From contig CAJINV010000009.1 in assembly GCA_905178155.1 (NCBI GenBank), positions 310,001 through 374,000 of the forward strand: DNA of 64,000 bases. Direction: 5' to 3'. Both the position numbers and the translations under genes were made by a program. The notes under the pieces were generated by a model. That model was not told where the DNA came from and searched no databases. It saw nothing but the letters and a program-made list of their open reading frames with translations. The number at the start of each line of letters is the position of its first letter. Positions within the stretch are counted from its first letter, which is position 1. This stretch comes from Amoebophrya sp. A120 (Eukaryota > Protista > Dinoflagellata). Of the stretch, positions 58,392 to 64,000 are shown piece by piece.

Positions 58392-61300
58392 ATGATGCTG
58401 TCACGCGACGAAAGTGGTAAAAGCGGCGTAGGCACCGCTGGCGAAAGCACCCGAAGCTCATGTGGCGATTCTTACGGAGGACGAGGAGCGGAGATGAAAA
58501 CTGCGACGAAGAGCGGTGCTCTTACTTCCACCTTTGCGGCGGGGTCCGGGACGAAGGCGAAAAAACGACTCAAGAAAAAAATACAGGACTTGGTGACCGG
58601 CGACGATGTCTTTTGTACTTTTTGCGAAGACGCCGGGACGTATGGGATCACTACCTGGCCAATGAATCGTATATACTGATGCTGTTCTTCCCAAGGATTA
58701 GTTGCCCGATCTAAAAGACGATGAACTTTCCGTCACCGTCAAGATAAACTCACTACGCAGTTGTTCGCATTATGTGACGTAAAGCAGTAAATCAAGATAT
58801 CGCATTGGGTCACTTTTTCCAGAACAGGCCGGGCATCACAAGTACTTTGAATGATGTATCAATAACAGGGCTTCTAATCTGCGGTCAATGCTGGGGCACG
58901 CACGACGAATGGAAGCAGCGCGTCGTTACGTGCGCAAAGTGCGGGTACAAATTCCAAAAATGCGCTGGCGGGTGGAAATACCAAGGGTTCTGGCTCTGCT
59001 ATGCGCGCGGGTGCTACGAAGCCAGGAAGGCGTTTGTGCGGGATGAGGATCTCCGGTCTCCCTACAGCTGGGGAGATCACGATCAATGGAGCACCAAGTA
59101 CGACCGCGGACGAGGTGGAGGAGCCTACCAGAGTGATTGGAAAAACCAGAACCACGACGAGAAAGACCAAACACGCGGCGCGTATCACACATTATACCGA
59201 GGTGGATCTGGACTGTCCCATGCAAGGAGCTCCGACGGTTCCGACCGCGGGCCACCAGTTGGGTGCATGTCCTCAACAGCCGAAACCACGTCGACTTGTG
59301 ACACAACAAGGGTCTCGCCCGGCATAGATACACCAGCGGACGAGCAGAATGTTGGCTCGCGGAAGATGCAGGTGCAAAAAGGCCCCAGCTCTTCTAGCAG
59401 TGGTTCGTCGTCGAGGCGAGCAACTCCTGAGGCATGTAAGAGCCAAGCACCACGACGAAAAAGTCCCAAAGAGTTATTTTCGTCGTCGTGTGACGAGCGC
59501 GTCGACGACCAGCGCTATGATCTTGGAAGCAGATACAGTGCACATGCTACGTCTTCTTCCCCGGGATCTAGCACTAGCTCTGTCGATACTTGGCAATCAA
59601 ACTGGAACGATGCCTCCTGGAGCAGCAGTTACGGGTACTATTCTGATCATTTTTACAACTGCTACAACTACACTGAGTATAGCTCTCCTGCCTCCTCCTA
59701 TGCTGGGAAAAGCAATCCTCACACGGACGCTGTGCCTGAGCGCGACGATCGAAGCAGCTATAAATCGAAAGCTTCATCGTACCCGGCCGACGACGGGGAA
59801 GATCGCTACAAGAAATTCCATTACGGAACAAGATACAACCAGCAAAGAGGTGAACAACTACAACAGGCAGGTAGTACGAGTTCCTCATCCTCTGCAAACC
59901 GTCGCGCAGACCATTCGCATTCCCCCAGGGAACAAGAAGACCTCGAAACGCACACAGAACTCTGCGCGAAGTTTGACCGCCGCACGTATTTGTTTCCTGC
60001 TGGCGCGATGGAGAGCGTCGCTATGCCCCGCGACCACAACCTAACCAAAGACATCCTAGCGCGGGACTTTTCCTCCACGGCCCCGATGAAGTACGACAAG
60101 ATTTACACCCAGCCCTTCTACAGCCCCGGCTCGCGGCCGCGCCTGTTCGTGGGCGGCGAGAACTGGAGTAGCCTAGAAGACCTGCGCAAGATGATCGAGC
60201 CGGAGCTGACAAAGACCCACGAGATGCTGTCGCACCAAGCTCTGTACTACACGCTTTTGGAAGATTTGGTGCCGACGGACTTTGTGCAGTACTACCTCTC
60301 GGGCGACACCTGGCACAAAACCCGCAAGCACATGCACAATACCAGCTTCGACTTCGAAAAGTGTGCCGCAGTGGAGTGTTTCGACCGGCTCCTGTGGAAG
60401 TGGTCCGTGCGGTTGGCGAACTTATTGAAGCAGGAACGCGTAGAGGAGAACGGGAAGAGCCACTGCCTGCATTACCTGCAGTTCGACGAGGACGCGTACC
60501 GCAAGAAAAGAGAACAGGAGTTGCGCGACCAGCTGAAAAGCGAACGCAAAGAGCGTGCTGGCGCTGGTGTGCAACACGACGGAACAAAATTCGTAGTTGC
60601 GGACGACGAGGAGGACATTGACAAAATGACGCTTCGCCTGTGCTTCTGGGACCGCGAGACGCGCTCCTACGAGTGGGAAAAAACGTTGCCTTGTATGAAG
60701 TACGGCGGCCCTTGCGAGCACATTCACTGCCCGGAGGAGCGGCGGCGGCAGGAGTGGCGGACGGAGCTATGCACCTGGGGATCGGACTTGTGCCAGTACG
60801 GTGGGGAGCACTGCAAGTACGCACACGACATCCTCGAATTGCGGCCCAAGCCGCAGGTCTCGTTTCGCGGCTCGCGCGACCGCTTCATCAATTATTACTA
60901 CGGTCTGGAGCTTTTCCGCTTGGAGCTTCGCGAAATCGTGCGCCGCAGTTTGCTGGACACGAACCTGCGCGCCAGCGTGGGCACAGTGTTTGACAGTCTG
61001 GCCGGCCTAAACATCGAGGGTGTGATGCCGACACGATATTTGTTTGCGAACGGTCGGAGGGGAGCAGCTCATCCGGATCCGCCTACGCCCGCCGTTCCAG
61101 CGTTGCAAGACCTCGTCGAGCGTCAAGACGGTGTTCTTGGTAGTCGAGACGAGAGAAACAGGGACGATGAAATGAGGAATCTTGTCTGTGGTCGAGAGGT
61201 CGTTGACAATGAAGATCAGCCATCACCGCATTATGGCAAAGCCGAGGCAGTAGTTGACTCGAAGGAAAGTGAAGTTGTTGCGCAGGATGACACGATTATT

Positions 61301-64000
61301 ATGGGGGAGTGCTACATAGACCATAACGCAGTGACGAAGGGCAACGACCAGGAAGACGAAGACAGTTCTTCATCCGAAAAACGCACTTCGACCAGCCAGG
61401 ACCCGGCGATTGATGTTCTTGTCCAGGCAGAAGAAAATGAATCACAGGCTTCACCATTTCCACCCGCATCAACTTTTTCGCGGGCCGTGGACAGTACTGA
61501 CGCTACCTCTATTTCCCCTGTGGTTGCAAAAGAAAAAGAGAAACCCGAAGATCCGGTGACAGAGAAGATGCTGGAGAAGTTGCAGAAAAGCGTAAAGTTC
61601 CAACTGCAGAAAGCCAACACGGTGTTTACCAGGACGGCGTTTCTGAACGCTCGCGACGAGTACGAGTGCGTCGAGGTGGAGGAGATTGACAACCAGGAAG
61701 CCCGGCGGGCGGACGAGGCGGAGCAGGGACAAGTGCACGATGGTCACGACAACCCCGCGACTCACAATTTCGGGTTTTGGTTCTTGCAGGACGGCAAGCC
61801 GTGCTTCTGCTGTCCCCCGGAATACGAGCAGTTCGGAAAGATGCTGCTGAACAAACCGAATCACACCACCACGACCTACACCGTCGCGGAGGCGACGCTG
61901 TTTGAGGACCAGCAGCCTATCAACGTGCCCTTTTTCGACGAGTACTACATCTCGAACCCTCGCGTGGGCCGCCGGCAGTGTTTGAATAAGGAGGGGGAGG
62001 TTCTAAATTTCTTGCGAAAAGCGTTGCAAAAAGCAGTTTGTGTTGATGATTTTGAGGCACGAGAAGTAGAAGGAGGAACTGCCAGTGCAAGAAAAGCTAC
62101 ACTACCAGTTGTACCAGGACAAGATGTAACGCAGCTTACCGACGAGCAAGAAGAGATGCTCAGTATGAAGTTATCGGCTATCCGGAACCTGCGACTCACG
62201 CAGCAGGCGGTGCAGGTGTTGAAAACCGTGACGGCAAATCGGTACTGGTACGAGTACAAGGAACACGAGCTATTGCAGCCGCAATTCGAATTTGTCTTCG
62301 TGCCAGAAAATGACAATGTTGATGAGGAAGGACAGGATCTTCAGGAAGACAACCCAGAGTCTGATGAAGCGGCACGACAGCCCACCGGAACCACAGAGTT
62401 GGGCTCGTCTAGTTTCTCGCTGAATCACAAAAAGGACCTAGCGCGGAGTCTGCAGCCTTTGAGCAGCATCACAGTTGACCTTTCCTTGGATGGCGGATCC
62501 ACGTCGTGGTCGCTTTCTCAGGATAGTTCCGATGGGGACGCGGCAGCAAAAACGAAGCAAAAGGACGCGGAAAGCGCATGTCCGGCTAGAAACGCGACAG
62601 AGACGGAGACCCTGGTATCCGAACGGACTGGCAACTACAAAGAGAGTGCCAACACAAACTGCACAAGCACACCGATGCTGCTTACGGAAATTGTAGACCG
62701 AGAACCTCAAGTCGCTAAGGTGTCGCGGAAAGAGAAACTGACCACAGAGGATGAGCAATCCGCAGAGATACTCAATTCTGCTGAGCCCGAATTGGCCCAA
62801 GTCCAAGATGATCAGGATCAGGACGGATCCATTACGGGTATGCCCTTCCCGACGATGAACAAGAGCGATGAGCTTCCCTACTTCGACGACGGACGCTCCA
62901 CACGGCGCTTGCGCGACACCCTGGACATGATTTTCCGGGACTTTTACGACAAACCGGTGGTCTATTTCAACGAACCGGTAACCGACCCGGAGGACGAGAT
63001 TGCGAAGCAGGTACTGGAGGCGTCGGAGAGCCAGGTGGTCCGGCTCTTTCCGCTGGAGCGGCAGTTTTTGCCGCCCTCGAAAAATTTTCTGGCGCAAAAA
63101 CGCGACTTGCACTTCAAAAAGTGGCCCTTATTGCACCGACTGGTCTGCAAGATCTATTTGAGGAAGCCGAAGAAGAAGGCGAGTAGGACTAAAATCAGTG
63201 GCAGGCCCTGGTGTGGTAATGGTCGGACTGACGGCGAAGAAATGTTGACTGAGCATGACAATGGGAATGAGAATGATGTCTCAGAGTCAGAGAAGAATGA
63301 CTCCTTTCCCATTTTGGATGTCCACTTTGAGAAGTACCACAACGACAAATTTACCCTGCTCGATGCGCATTGCCACTTGGAGATTATCTGGCGCAAGTTG
63401 CCTTTCCGCGTGTGCGAGCAGATGACGGACCGCGTGCTGATGACCTTTCACCCAGAGTCGCCCTACAGCCTCCCCAATGCGTGGCAATTGAAGACGATCA
63501 CGTCCGTATGTGACGGCCACAGCTTGGACTTCTGGGAAAAGTACTGCGAAGAGGTCTACTTCTCGAAAATCAGCACGCTCATGGATAGAAAAATGACTGG
63601 AGATGGAGGTGCAGAAATTAGTTCAAGTGCCGGGCAAGAAGCTGACACTGTCGCTTCCGAACAACAACGACTCGTGTTCGACGATCATCTGTACTTTTCC
63701 ATCGGCGTGCACCCGAAATCCATGGTGGAATACCTGAATAACGAGCGCAACATGCAGGAGCGAATGCTGCTCCTCGCGGACAAGCTGCAGGCCATCAACC
63801 GTTTGGTCGCCTGGGGGGAGTGTGGACTGGACTATGACGCGGACCTGGAGGTTCCGGACGACCTGCCGGAGTACGACCGGCCTGACGACATTTTCATCGA
63901 GAAATACGAGCGGGACGGCGATAAAAATTTCGCGGAGTTTTTCAAGTTGAAAGACAAAACCGACCCAGACAAATTTCGATTTTGGACGAAAGCGAAGAAA
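58392..64000 (+). CDS. Large protein with CCCH zinc finger and C-terminal TatD-like metallo-nuclease domain (runs off window; 5' end uncertain)
   Basis: One frame appears open from 58869 to the window end; it is absent from the ORF track because it has no stop. GT-AG intron 58669-58868. CCCH motif WRTELCTWGSDLCQYGGEHCKYAHDILELR (about 60755-60845). TatD motifs LLDAHCHLE (about 63360), YFSIGVHPK (about 63700) and VAWGECGLDY (about 63810). Confidence 0.8.

Overview
This is eukaryotic nuclear DNA, most consistent with a dinoflagellate-lineage (syndinean, Amoebophrya-like) genome. It has a perfect dinoflagellate spliced-leader 22-mer plus a tandem relic at 107-143, and about 17 protein-coding genes, all on the + strand, with short GT-AG introns. 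Recognisable products are an SPFH protein, a polycystin/TRPP-type channel, cryptochrome-DASH, a DUF3472-like protein, a sulfotransferase-like protein, an RNPS1-like RRM protein, a ubiquitin E2, a GNL3/Nug1-like GTPase and a CCCH+TatD protein. The main discovery is a set of transposon-like non-canonical introns (introners). Eight intact elements (seven short, one 3.1 kb) and one aged copy sit inside coding exons. The intact ones start TAT and end ATA (one ATG), carry terminal inverted repeats and are flanked by exact 5-bp target-site duplications (TSDs). Removing each element plus one TSD copy restores the reading frame, although no splice register gives GT-AG. The 3.1-kb element (15917-19025) holds a decayed hAT-like transposase on the minus strand and is a candidate mobiliser. 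It is stacked on a short introner at a triplicated CCTGT site. Two copies of one family lie in opposite orientations in the same gene, and the short elements share a GCATSACAAA motif. All exon structures were inferred by eye, with no transcript data or database searches.
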